DNA of 64,000 nucleotides, from contig CM052832.1 in the NCBI GenBank assembly GCA_028534125.1, forward strand, positions 10,852,001 through 10,916,000. The letters run 5' to 3'. This document shows, one piece after another, positions 1 to 12,279 of this stretch. The stretch comes from Lama glama (Eukaryota). The position numbers and the translations under genes are program-made. Positions within the stretch are counted from its first letter, which is position 1. Every line of letters starts with the position of its first letter. The notes under the pieces were generated by a model. The model did not search any database and was not told the origin of the DNA. It saw only the letters and a list, made by a program, of their open reading frames with translations.

Positions 1-595
1 TAGCCCTGAATAATATTTCATTCTGTAGATGTACCAGTTTACTTATCCATTTGGTTGCTACCAGAGGACATCAGTTATGAATAAACTGCTATAAACATCC
101 ATGTGCAGACTTTTATGTGGACATGAGTTTTCAGTTCCTGTGGGTAAATACCAAGGAGCACGATTGCTGGATCGTATGATTGGAGTATGTTTAGTTTTAT
201 AACAAACTATTAAACTGTCTTCCAAAGAGGCTGCACCATTTTGCATTCCCACCAGCAATGAATGAGAGTTCCTGTTGCTCCACATCCTCCCCAGAATTTG
301 GTGTTGTCAGTGTGCTGGATTTTAGCTATTCTAATAGGTGTGCAGTAGTATCTTGTTTTAATTTGTATTTCCCTGATGACATACAAGGTAGAGCATATTT
401 TCATATACTTATTTGCCATCTGTATATCTTCTTTGTTGAGGCATCTGTTGAAGTCTTTGGCCCACTTTTTAGTTGGGTTGTTTTTTTGCTTATTTTTGAG
501 TTTTAAGTGTTCTCTATACATTTTGGATAATAGCCCTTGATCAGATGTGTCTTTTGTAATTATTTTCTCCCAGTGTTTGGCTTATCTTGGCATTC
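1..595 (-). mobile_element. LINE-1 fragment (old L1M), ORF2 C-terminus into 3' UTR, decayed
   Basis: Minus-strand ORF 210..521 reads KKWAKDFNR..KEDIQMANK..CST..IREIQIKT..HCWWECKMVQPLWKTV, the L1 ORF2 C-terminal motif; reading frame broken. Confidence 0.95.
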
Positions 596-985
596 TCTTG
601 ACATAATTTTTTAACCACACAGAAATACATGAATTGGTCTCCTTTTAAAAATCCAGACACTATAGCAGCATATAGAATGAGGAAGTAACAGTGCCTCTTT
701 GGGATCAACCCCACCCAATGCCACTTCTTCCTGGAGAAAGAGAGCCTCTGCTCTCCAAGCACTTTAAGTTCTGCCAAGTTTTTTCCTGAGAATCAACAGG
801 TAATTAAGGCACAGATCCTGTTCTCTAGGGACTGGCAATCTGGGAGGGCAGGCAGACAAAATAAAATACAGTAGAGAATGGCAAGTGGAAGAAGACATCT
901 AAGAGGAAGAAGCATGTGTAGTTTTTTCAGCATTACCCGTGAGGGACGTTGCAGGGTGGTTCTGGTACCAGGTGAAGAGCTAGAC

Positions 986-1177
986 CAGTGGTTCTCAAAG
1001 TGTGGTCCTTGGACTGGCAGTTTCAGCATTGCATCATGTGGAAGCTTGTTAGAAAGGAGATTCTCAGGCCCACCCGGACCTGTGAATCAGAGGCTCCAGG
1101 TGGGGCCCACCCAACAATCTGAGTTTTTCTCAGCTCTCTGGGGGATTCTGATGTGCCCTGAAGGTTGAAAACTATTG
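986..1177 (+). mobile_element. MER5A-like hAT-Charlie MITE
   Basis: Starts CAGTGGTTCTCAAAGTGTGGTCC, ends GGTTGAAAACTATTG; imperfect 8-bp TSD AGCTAGAC/CCCTAGAC. Confidence 0.9.
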
Positions 1178-3377
1178 CCCTAGACGAACTAATACCTCTA
1201 AACTCACTCCCTGAGACTCCACATCCTCCTGCCTGTAAACCAAGAAGGGCTACAGACAGAATGACTGCGGAGCTGCCCAGGGAGATGCTGCTGTGGCCGT
1301 GAGCGCATCACGGGGTTGGCGAATGAAGGGCCCAGAGCTGTCCGCTGGGTGGGTAGCGGGGTGAAGAGGAATCACTTTGCACTTTAGCACTTTGCCCTTC
1401 GGGTCCTACCCTTTCCTGGGAGACAGTCTCAGCTCTTCCCTTTGCTTAGGAAAGTGTCGCAGCACACCGTGTAACTTACCCTCTGGAAGACTCAGCAAAG
1501 CATATATGCTATCCATAATGAATGAGCCCATTTCCTGCATGAATCAGGGGGGTCGGGACAGATTAGCCCTGGTAATGGAGTTAAAGTCAAGCTCATTTGT
1601 TTGCAAGATTATTGGGAAGTCAGAGTCCCTTCGAACAGAGCAGGGAAGGCAGCAGCAAGTTCCCTTGGTTGAGACTTGTGTTGGGTGTGGCCTAGGCTCC
1701 TTTATATGTGTATATGTATATTTTTGGTAGACGTTCCTAGGAGAGAAAAAGGAAGACGAATGCCTTGTTCCAGAGCCTGACCCTGACTGGGTAGAGTCAT
1801 GCCTGGGACCTTTTAGCCTCTTTCCACCTTTGCCCAACCCAGGACCCAGTTCTGGCTCTACTCTCCAGCCTGGTGGGGGGCAGGGACCTCTGCAAGTTTC
1901 TTAATGTCAATTAATTGTTTCTTCTTTCAGAGTTCACCTATTCCTGGGTTCTCACGTGTTGAGGTCACAAGAGAACCCAGTACCTGAGCCATGATGGGAG
2001 AAGCTGCACCGAAGGTTTCTGGAATGACTTGAAGGTATGTAAGTGTGGTAGCACATGCAGGCCAAATCCAGAGAACACGGTCCAGGGCTGAAGGGACTTG
2101 CAAGGCCCTGGCCACCAGCATCAACCAGGCTCCCACATCCTGGGAGGCCAGGCCCCAAGGAAGACGGTCCAAGGGCTCAGATCCCTGCTGCTCCTTCCTG
2201 GGAAAGCTGAGATTTCAGGTGAGCACGTGCTGTTCCTCACTGGGGAAGTTACCCCCTGCCTTTGCTGAAAATCTTATGGCTCCCAACACCTACTTTGGAT
2301 AAATCCAAACCGCTCAGTGCTGCCCACAGGCCCTCAAGGACGTTGCAGCTGCCTGGGTGTCTGGTCTACCTATTGCCAACCCACCTGCATGCCCCTCAGC
2401 TGTGTTCAGAGCCTCCTCTGCATTGTGAACTCTGACCTATCCTGTATGAATGGCTCCCCTCCTCTTTGGGAGCCCTCCCTAATGGTTCAGGAGGACTTCC
2501 TTCCACTCTTCTGCATCCCCCCAGCATCCGTGGTTCTGTCATTTCTCCCACAGGACTTCTCACACCCTTTGGTGATGATTTGTCTACAAGGCTGACTCCT
2601 ACAGCAAGCTGTGGGCTCCTGGCAAGGGAGGGGGTGTTTCCTGTACGTCTTTACCTCCCCATGGCTCACACACTGGAGCACACATGGGAGGCGCCAAATG
2701 AACAGGAGATTGAAGGGGCTCAGCCTCCAGGAAGCCCCACAGAGCTCGGGAGACCGTGGATTCCCCAGGGAGCCAGCCCCTCTAAGGGTAGCCATGTTCT
2801 CCTAGCAGGTTGCACTTTCATCACCAGAAAGCCTTTTTTTCTTCCAAAATACTAAAGCAGAAACTGGGGAAGGAAACGCATAGAAGCCACTAGATGATTT
2901 TCCTTATTGCCTCTATGCCAGGCATCCCTGGAGGGTCAGAGCCCACTCTCTACTCCTCCCGCCTGCCAGATGGCTCTCTGAAAAAGGCAGGTCTAATTTT
3001 ATAGCCAGAAGGAGGCTGTAAGGATGGAAAACTCCTGCCTCAGGGACTTTAATACCCTGGCATCCTGAAGGATCAGGTCCTTCTCAGAGAGCAGGGCTTC
3101 AGCACTTAGAGCTAAGACTATCTTCTGGGGTGGGTGGAAGAGAGTGCTGGTATGGTGGAGTGGGGGGAGGCTGTCTCAGGAAGTGGCAGTTCCTCTCTCT
3201 TCCTTCAAATACATCCCTGCCCACTGACTACGACGTGGCTCAAAGGCCCGTCATGAGCACTTCACTCCTGGGGCTTGGGTTTAGACCCTAGAATTCCAGT
3301 GTCCCTGTGAGGGATAATAACTCAAGCAATTAGCAGTATATTCTTCAGGGACAGTTACTTTAACAGATAGTGACAAC

Positions 3378-3690
3378 TGTCTTAGTTTGCTGGGGCTGCC
3401 ATCACAAAACACCATAGACTGGGTGGCATAAGCATTCGGAATTTATTTCTCAGTTCTGGAAGCTAGAAGTTCAAGGTCAGGATGACAGCGTGGTTGGGTT
3501 CTCTTCCTGGCCTGCAGACTGTCTCCGTTTTGCTGTCTTTTGCTGTCTCTTCTTATAAAGACACTGATCCCATCTCAAGGGCTCTGCTCTGGTGATCTAA
3601 TTCCTTCCAAAAGACCCCACCTACTAATACCATCCCATTAGAGCTTTAACATATAAATTTGTCAGGGACACAAATATTCAATCCCTAGCA
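3378..3690 (-). mobile_element. MaLR LTR (MLT1A/B-like)
   Basis: TGTCTTAGTTTGCTGGGGCTGCCATCACAAAACACCATAGACTGGGTGG...GGGACACAAATATTCAATCCCTAGCA resembles reverse MLT1A/B. Confidence 0.88.
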
Positions 3691-5078
3691 TCCCAGCCCT
3701 AGCTCCCCAGACTTGTGCTCTTGCATGCAAGATACATTCATTCCATTCCAGCAGCCCCCCAAAGCCTTAACTAAGTCCAGCATCAAATCTAAGGCTAAAG
3801 TCCAAAGTCTCACTTAAATATCTAAATACCAGATATGGGTGAGACTCAGATATGATTCATCCTGAGGCAAAATCCCTCTCCAGCTGTGAACTTGTGGATC
3901 CAGAAAGGATATGTGCTTCCAGGCATTCCTATTCCAAAATGGAGAAACAGGAAAGAAAAAAGAGTAATGGGTCTCAGGCAAGTCAAAACTTAGCAAGGGA
4001 AATTCCACTAGGTCTTCACTCCTAAAAATAATCCTCTTTGGTTCAAAGCTCTGCCTTCCAGACCCGTTGGCAGGAGTCCCCTCTCAGCAGCTGTGCTGAG
4101 TGGAGGTCATATTCCTAAGACTCTCTGTGGCCCTGCCCCAGAGGCTCCACAGTTTGTCCACACCCCACAAGGCAGCCCTGGCCCCTAGGCTTCAGTCAGG
4201 GTACGTCTGGCCTGTTGAAACCTAGAGGTTGGTCTTGATGGTCTCTGAATTGCCTCTGGGGTCCGTCTCCTTTTCTTGAAGAATAGCACATGTTCACAGT
4301 CAAATAGCTCTATGATCCAGTCCTGTAGGCTTATCTAAAAAGTACCCATTTTCCTTCATTTCATCTTGTTTTTTCTGTCCCCTTTAGTTCAAACTGGCAG
4401 TGTCGTTGTATGCAGTCAGTCCTTCGTATCTGTGGAATTCCACAGATGTGGAATCCACCAAGGATCAAAAATAGTCCAACAAAAATATTCCAGAAAGTTC
4501 CAAAAAGCAAACTTGAACTTGCCACATGCAGGCAATTATTTACATAGCATTAACATTGTATTTACAACTATCTACATAGCATTTACATTGTATTAGGTAT
4601 TATAAGTAATCTAGAAATGATTTAAACTATAAGGGAGGAAGTGTGTAGGTTATAAGCAAATACTATGCAATTTTATAGAAGAAACTTAAACATCCTTGAA
4701 CTTTGTTATCTGTGAGGTTCCTGGAACCAGTCCCTGTGCTGGTACTGAGGCATGACTGTAATCCCTTCTCTATTCCTGGCTCCAGCTGAAAGGCTGAGTA
4801 AGTCCCCAAGTTGTGCCCATGATCTCCTTAGGAGTGGTTGTTCAGCCACACCCTTAGTGTTTATCTTGAATCAAGATTTCTCATTTTTTGCAATACATAT
4901 AGGCTGTGAATTTTCCAAATCTTCAAGTTCTGTTTCCTTTTAGCTTAACAACTACTTCTTCAATTCATTTCTCTTCTGCATTTTATTATAAGCTGTCAAG
5001 AGGAATGAAACCACTCCTTCAATGCTTTGCCTAGAAATCTGCCCAGCTAAGTATCTGAATATCCCCTGAAAGTTCTAC
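3691..5078 (-). mobile_element. MaLR (MLT1) internal region contiguous with the LTR, interrupted by MER2
   Basis: Directly follows the LTR with MLT-int hallmarks (AAAGTCCAAAGTCTCA, GATATGGGTGAGACTCA, ATTCATCCTGAGGCAAA, TTTTCCAAATCTTCAAGTTCTG). Confidence 0.75.
4413..4758 (-). mobile_element. MER2-family TcMar-Tigger MITE
   Basis: TIR ends CAGTCA.../...TGACTG followed by TA; internal CATTTACATTGTATTAGGTATTATAAGTAATCTAGA typical of MER2. Confidence 0.9.
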
Positions 5079-5515
5079 TGAGACAAGGGGGAAGGAGGCA
5101 GGGCACAACCGTTAAAAGAATGACAAAGCTGTTGAGAAAAACAGGATAGGACAAAAACTGGTTAGAATGGACTGGGCCCAAGATGGCAGAAGATTCAGCT
5201 TCAGGTAGACCTTGAACCCCGTTTCATGCCCATTGTAATACAGTAGCTGCTGAATGGCACTCCCACGGGCATCATGACAGTTCTGAGACTGACCATAAAA
5301 GGCCAAAAAGTGGGTGATGGCCCAATTCCTGAAAATCCCCTCCCTTCCTCAAAATAATTAGAATATTCCTCCCACTTGTTAGGTATGAAATTACCCAGCC
5401 CATAAAAACTAACCACCCCCACACCCTAGGGCCGCTCTCACCTGAGAAGACCGCATTCTGCCTGTGGAATGTGTATCTCTCTAAATAAACTTGTTTTCAC
5501 TTTACTGTGGCTCTT
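5079..5515 (+). mobile_element. ERV1-class MER41-like LTR, apparently 3'-truncated
   Basis: TG start; CCAAGATGGC; CATGACAGTTCTGAGACTGACCATAAAAGG; CCCATAAAAA; AATAAA at 5484-5489; no CA terminus or TSD seen. Confidence 0.75.
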
Positions 5516-5674
5516 ATTTCACTAATTCTTATTTTACTAACCTCAGCCCAATCTCCCCTCAGGAAAAGAGAGTCTTAAAACGTATGCCTGTGCTCAGCAC
5601 CCAAAAGCTAGTTGAGTCATATAGGTGAGGCCTTGCCTTCAAAGCTGTCCCTGGTACTGGAATGGTTAGCCCTC

Positions 5675-6226
5675 TGTGGTGGACAGGTGTGGTTCTTTCT
5701 TCCCAGAACAGTGTCCTCGTCATCTGGAGATGCTCCTGTGAATCACATGGTTCTGGTGAAGACTACTAATCATGGATCCCATTCTTGCCCCATACCCCCA
5801 AATCCGGCTATAGCCATCGGCCTAGATCAATCCCATGACACAGGTCTGGCCAATCAGAGCCCTTCCTTGGGACTTTGTAACAAGATCTCAGAAGAGAGAG
5901 CCCTTTCCTCTCTGGTCACAAAGTTTCCAGATGGAGGCAAGTTCAGAGCTGGGCATTGATACAACTCCTCAACAACTCCCCACCCTCCACCCACAATGTG
6001 AAGATAAAAGGTGGATGAGGTTACAGTTTAGGCAGAGAAGAGCTAGGAAGCAGAGGAGAGGAAGGAAAAGAGACAGCTGCTGGTTCCAGGCATTCCTGAG
6101 GCCAGCTTATTTGCCAGCCTTCTAAGTTATTTGGTTACCCCAAGAAAATAAATCCCCCATTCTTTTTAAGTGACCTTGAGTTAGTAGGTTTTTGTCACTT
6201 GCTCCCATAATAATTCTGACAAATAT
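5675..6226 (+). mobile_element. Old MaLR LTR (MLT1K/L-like)
   Basis: GGCCAATCAGAGCCCTTCCTTGGGA; 3' end AATAAATCCCC...GGTTTTTGTCACTTGC...CTGACAAATATA. Confidence 0.7.
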
Positions 6227-7277
6227 ACCCCCTATATGAACCTTTGGTTCTGACCAAAGGCCTTTGAAGGTCTCCCCTAATCTTTCTCAAGCTACATCCA
6301 CTCGGCTATTTTCTTTGTACCAAAACATCACAAGCAGACTCTTTGCTTGTGAAGCCAAGGCCATCGGTCACTTGTTAAGCACACACCTGGTGTGCCCCAG
6401 CCCTGGCATGGGCTCCAGGTACGTGGAGGCAATTGGAGGGCCTGGCCCCTGACCTTGAACTTTGCAGTGTCCCTGCACAACTTCTTTTAATTGCTTTCTG
6501 ATTTATATTCCTTTCCTTGGCATGGTATTGACAAGTGGAAGATTTGATAGATTCTCTCCAGGTCATCTGTTTAAGGTATCCTCACTTAATGCAGAAAAGA
6601 AATAATGTTTGGTTTTTAAGTAAATGAACTCCAGCCACATTTTTTTTCAGCAGCATCCAGAGGCCTGAATTGGGGAGTGAACTCATTGGCCCCAGGAAGA
6701 TCAGCCCTGCTTGACTGCTGCCTTCCTAGGTGGTCTCTGAAAACTCTAATGTTGTGTTACCAGGAACAGGTGTGCAGTAAGAGAGTGGCTCTGAAGCCAA
6801 AGACCAGGTGGATTGAGTAAGGAGGGAGGAGAGTTCTGTCTGTGCCCCAGTGCGAGGGACTCCATGATAGCCCATAAACCAGCTACCTGACATGCCCTCT
6901 TCTAGAGAGATGCCTGACCCTGGCTGTGATAGATTGTGTCATCTGGCCACAATTCTTGGCCTCTCCCTGCATTCACACCATTTGCTGTGTGCTTTCACCT
7001 GGTGGACTGACAGCCACTCCTTGGCTCTCAGCTAGATCTCAGTTGCTGGGAGGACAGGTGACAGCTGGACCCAGCCTGGTGGTGCCCTGTTCTCTGCAGT
7101 GAGATAGGCAGATGGAAAAGCATTGGCCATTTCACTTTCTCTTAGGCAGGACAGGAATGATGGGGACAGAGGAGCAAGGGGAGGTCTGCTCTGGTAGATA
7201 CAACCCAGTAGTAAAATAAGCTACATCAGGGAGGGCCACCCAGAGTCACAAATGCTTCAAAAGATGGTCACAGCAGG

Positions 7278-7770
7278 TGTCCTGGTGGTCTATTGCTATA
7301 TAACAAGCCACCCCACAATTTAGGGGCTTAGCACAACAATAATCATTTATTTTGTTTAGGACTCAGCCATTTGGGCAGAGCTGGGTTGGGGCAGCTTGTC
7401 TCTGCGCCCATAGCATTAGCTGAGTTGCTCAACTAGGGGCTAGGGGATAGCTTTCAAAGCGGCCTTCTGGCTGGCTGGCTGGGTGGTGCTGACTGTCAGC
7501 GAGGCGCTTGCCGAGGCCTCAGCTTCTCTCCATGTGGGTCTCTCCAACAGTCATGTGGGCTTCCTCACAACATGGTGGCTGAGTCCTTGAAGAGAAGGCA
7601 GATTTGTATCATATTTTCATTATCTAGCTTCTGAAGCCTTCAGCCACACTCTGTTGGTTGAGGCAGTCACACATACTTTCCCTGGTTCAAGGGGGAGGGG
7701 GTAGGGTCTAGAAGAGCGCGTGGAATGAGAGGTGCTTTTGCATCATCTTTGGAAAATACAGTCTGCCAGA
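7278..7770 (-). mobile_element. MaLR LTR (MLT1H-like)
   Basis: TCTATTGCTATATAACAAGCCACCCCACAATTTAGGGGCTT; CTTCCTCACAACATGGTGGCTG; CATCTTTGGAAAATACAGTCTGCCA. Confidence 0.8.
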
Positions 7771-7919
7771 GGTGATGCCAATCCAGGTGATGACTGGAGA
7801 CCCAGACAGGCGGCCCACCACGTTGTCATCACTGGGGTGGGATCTGGCAGCACAATTATGGCCCCTGAAGGAGGGGTAGTTGACAAGAGCAGGGACAAAC
7901 CTGGAGTTTACTAGCAGAT

Positions 7920-8175
7920 GGCGTAACATAGTGGTTAAAAGTAGAAATTCTACAGCCAGATTGCCTGCGTTTGAGTCCTGGCTTCACCAGTTAGTAGTTT
8001 TCGATTTTGGACAAGAAACTTAGCCCCCCTTTGCTTCAGTTTCCCCATCTATTACAGGGATATTGATAGTACTTAACTCATAGCTATGTTTGTTGTGAGT
8101 CTTCAGTGAGTTAATGTAGGTAAAGAGCTTAGAACAGTGCCTGGCTCACAGCAAGTGCTATCTAAGGGTAAGTTA
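7920..8175 (+). mobile_element. MIR SINE, near full length
   Basis: ATAGTGGTTAAAAG...GAGTCCTGGCT...TTCAGTTTCCCCATCT core...GCTTAGAACAGTGCCTGGC. Confidence 0.9.
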
Positions 8176-8957
8176 ATACTGTTAATAGGCTGTTTCTCAG
8201 AAAAGCACTAGGAACAGAACAGGGAACCAAACTGACAAATGGTGTGTATCGGAGCTCCGAAGTGAGGCAAACTTCCCTTAATAACCTCCAGTAATGAGAA
8301 GGATGCTCCTGGGGGTGGAGGGGTCTGAGGCAGATCCTTGGTGCTGTGAGGATTGTGTCCTAGAGTGGAGAGAATGGTCTCTCCGCCCTGGCCCAGAGGT
8401 CTTGCTGGGCTCAGAGGCAGTGCCAAGTTCAAACACTATAAAATTCTCTGCAATGTTATTTGAGCAGTAAAAATAGTGAGGAGTCCTGAGGCTACTTAGA
8501 AATAGAACAACTGTTTTCTCCTTAATGAGACGCCATACGCAGCGTTTAATTAAAACTGCAGGAGCATGCTGAGAACGTGGACCGAAGCTTGGGGGTGGTG
8601 GTCATAGGAATTTATTCATCAGGGCCAGGCACAGCTGCACCCCCTGCCCCCAGCTTCTTTCATGTAGGCCCGTGACTGCCTCCAGGTTCCCAAAGGACCC
8701 TCAGAATTACTTTCACCCTCCTCATCATGGTGTATAGTCGCGCTCCACCTGCTTCAAATATCTGAAGTGGCATAGGGCAAATTACCTCTCTGAGCCATTT
8801 CCCCATCTAGAAAATGGGGATACATGAGTCCTCCTTCATGGGAGATACATACTGGAGGAGCCTGACTCCTGTCCTCTCCGCCCTTCCGGCCCTGTGGGCA
8901 TCCCTGGTCAGAATGATAGAGACTGATAGAGACAGGTCTTGATGCTTTTAAGGTTTC

Positions 8958-9243
8958 AGGTATCGAATTCCAAGCTATGTTCTGGTGAGGCACTCCTTGA
9001 AAAGATGGTTCTAAAGTTGAATAGGTTTGGGAAACACTGTTCTTTTTATGCTCCTCCCCACTTGCAGGGGTGCAATGCACGTGAGTATTTGAAAGGTTCT
9101 GAGAAGTCCTGGTACAAGAAGTCCAGCCATATTTAACCCAGTGTTTTCTAAAATTTCTCACCTTGGAAACTCTATTTGTGCCATGTGATTTTTCCTTTGT
9201 TTCACCCGTTAGCATCACGGGGAACAGTCTCTAGGAATTACTG
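8958..9243. mobile_element. hAT-Charlie MITE (MER112-like)
   Basis: TTTGGGAAACACTG, AAAGGTTCTGAGAAGTCCTG and TTTAACCCAGTGTTTTC motifs. Confidence 0.55.
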
Positions 9244-9649
9244 GGGTGGCAGAAATTACATGTGCAAAATAGCTTAATTTCTCTGAACTCATTTCTCATC
9301 TGAAAAATGAGGTGTAATTAACACTAGCAGGTCGCTGTGAAGATTAGAAGCAGTGTGCATAACACCCCTCACCCGGGCCAGGCGTGCAGTGGGTGGGCAG
9401 TAAGTTCAAGCCCCTATGACTTAGGCGGGGCTGCAGGCACGGGGAATGACACTGGGGGATACAGGCACTAAAGGTGAGAACTGAGGCAGAGGCTTGACCA
9501 CGAAGGCTGAGAACAGCACAGGCCGGCTGGGCTGAGCCTAGGGGTACAGCATGGGAATCGTTCCCTGCACAGGGGCATGGCTAGGCCTGTGGGAGAGGGG
9601 TATCAGGACGTGCTAGTGGCTTGGGGACTACTGCGCACAGGAGCAGGGA

Positions 9650-9915
9650 AGGGAGTCATTTATTAAGTCCTTCATTCCTCACGTATTTATTGGGCAGCTA
9701 CAGAGGATAAGTCAGTGAGCAAAACAAAATTCCTGCCCTCCTGGAGCTTACACTGTCGACAAGTAAATGAACTAAGAATATTTTAGGTGATGATAAGTGC
9801 TACAAAAAATAAAGCAGGGTGGAGGGGTAGAATGATGGGTGAGTGTTAAAGTAGGGTGGTCAGGGAGGGCCTCTGTGAGGAGGTGATGTGAGCGAAAAGT
9901 GGAAAGAGGCAAGTG
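9650..9915 (-). mobile_element. L2 3' fragment
   Basis: TTCATTC..TATTTATTGG; CCTGCCCTCCTGGAGCTTAC; GGGTGGTCAGGGAGGGCCTCTGTGAGGAGGTGA. Confidence 0.85.
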
Positions 9916-11329
9916 ATCAAAACTCACTGGCTCATCTTCACCATCGTGGTCATCAGTAAGATCATCATTCTAAGTCCCCACCCATCTCCTTAACCCTAAA
10001 CTGCAGGCTAAGGGCCTCTCGGGATCCACTTTTCTTCCCAAGGTGAAGTTCCAAGAATGACCACAAGGTGGAGTCCTGACTCTAACCCGATCCAGGGGCT
10101 GTGAGTTTGTGGATGAATCCAGAAAACTCAATCCAAAGCACCCACCCCTAGAGTCCTAGCAAGGTTGAGAGCAGTCTCAAGCTGTCTGCAGCCACAGGAA
10201 TCTTATATAATTGAGTTGTAAACAGAATTGATGGTGTGGTGGGGGATCTTTGGCTATCTGCCACTTAGTTACTAGAGGCTTGGGTGGGGGAAAGGGGAAG
10301 CCTTGGGGAACTCCAGGAGAGCTGAATGAGGGAGAGGCTGACAGGCCCCCAGCACAGGATCCAGGGGGTCCCAGGACTGGGGTTGGCATGTTCCAGCTGG
10401 GACTTTCTTTGTGATGGGGCGTGGCAGATTTAAGACATCCATTGGCCTCTAGCGGTGGAGAAGGCAGATGAGGAAGCAGGAACTGGAGAGGGAATTGGCT
10501 GTAAAAGCTGAACCCTGCATTCAGCACAGCCAGTCTGGAGCCAGTAACAACCTATCTATGTGTGGTTTATGCCCTGCTAGCTGCTCCTATAAATCCATCG
10601 GCAGCTGGAGCTTGCCGGCTGCCAGCCCCGGATTCTGGGGAGAAGGAGTCCTGCTCAGACCCCACCCCCCACCCTGTTATCCCCTGGGCAGAAGCTGCAG
10701 GACAGTCCCTAGTGACAAACTGCCACGACCCTCTAGGGTCTTTCCTGAGTGCCCACTGAAAAGCGGGGAGCTGACTTGCTCCCCTGGGTGGCCAGGACCT
10801 CCCACTCTTCCTCCTTATCAAGAGGATTGATTACCCTCCCAGACTCATTCCAGCCAGGCAGAGTTGCAGGATTTCCAATTTCTAGCATTTTGCTCCCCAG
10901 TAACATATGAACAGATGCTGCATGGCTCTCTCCAAGGTGGGGAGGGCAGCATTGTCTCCGTGAGGTTCTTTGCTTTTCTCTGGGAAGAGAAAATCCATTT
11001 TACATTGCTCTGTGATCTCACTGACCTGTAAATGCACAGATGGAGGACTTTGGTTGTAGTTCCACCTGTGTCCTGACTCTCTTTATCTGCAGATGAGATA
11101 GATAATATATACTGGGTGGGGTCATCTGGTCAGATCAATATAATACATCTATAGCACCTGGACCTCATCAGGATTCAATAGTCTAGTATATCTTTTATGT
11201 CTAAATAGTCTAAATTTAGAGTCCGTTCTGACTATTAAGGGCCAACCGCATCTTCTTATCCATGATCTTATTTATTCCACAGAAAAACTTGTTTGGTGCA
11301 TCTCATTTTTTTCTCTTATTTTATTGAAA

Positions 11330-11830
11330 TTTTTCCCCACAAGAGCCATTTGAAAACATTCTCATTATAGCAGAGTCAAGCACTGCTTCAATATTTGAAG
11401 TAAAATACAAACGTCTTTCCTGACCACCCCCTCAGCCGACCCCCCTTGACCCCTCCCCACAGACAGCATATTCACCAGAGGTAACTTCTGGGGTAAATTT
11501 GATATTTAACTTTCCAGACCTTAAATATATATACCTGTGTCTTCCTATATAGTCTTTGGAGATGTAAAACAGGCTCTGCCTGACATACTGGCCTTTTGTT
11601 TGTTGTAAATTGCCTGTGCATATTCTTTGCCCATTTTTATAGCATTGCTTTTATGATTATTTATAAAAACTCTTCAGCTTGTATAAATATTACATAAATA
11701 TTACACATTAATAATTATTTAGATTTTATCTTAGTCTTAGCTCATCTTAAAAAGATCTTTAATGTAATACATGCTTGTAGTAAAAAAAAATTCCAACAAT
11801 ACAGAGGGTATAAAATGATGAAATGAGAAC
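11330..11830. mobile_element. Very old L1 (L1ME-like) fragments
   Basis: AT-rich, with TGCCTGTGCATATTCTTTGCCCATTTTT and AATACATGCTTGTAGTAAAAAA. Confidence 0.5.
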
Positions 11831-12279
11831 CAGATGTCCCCAGAGTGGGAGGCCTTCCTGTAAACTCTGTGAATGTGCACAGCATGGAATGTTGACAAAT
11901 GAAGGAAGGTGGTTGTGTGAGGCTGACACTCATCACGCCCCAGCAGTCCTTAGGAAACCATTCTGTTTTTGCACATAGTACCCTTTGGGTTCTAGCCAGG
12001 GGTAAACATCACCCCTGCAGCCACTCTCCATGCCTGCCCAGGCCTGGGAGCAGCTGACTGCACAGCTGTTCTATGGACAGTCTCCCAGTTAACTGCCTTG
12101 ACTTGGACCCGCCTTCCGCTTCTGGCCCAAATTTGCTGGCTGCAAGGGAAGAAGGAGTCTCTCCCTCCCCACTGCACTTCAGAGTCCTGGTGAATTTAGG
12201 GGATGGTCCTTCTGCTCTGGGTTCTCCCCTGATCTGACTTAGTCACTCCCTGCTCTCCACTCGTGCCCCAGTCCCCTGA

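Noticed and set aside
210..521. ORF with a real protein motif
   Set aside because: A decayed LINE-1 ORF2 fragment, not a host gene
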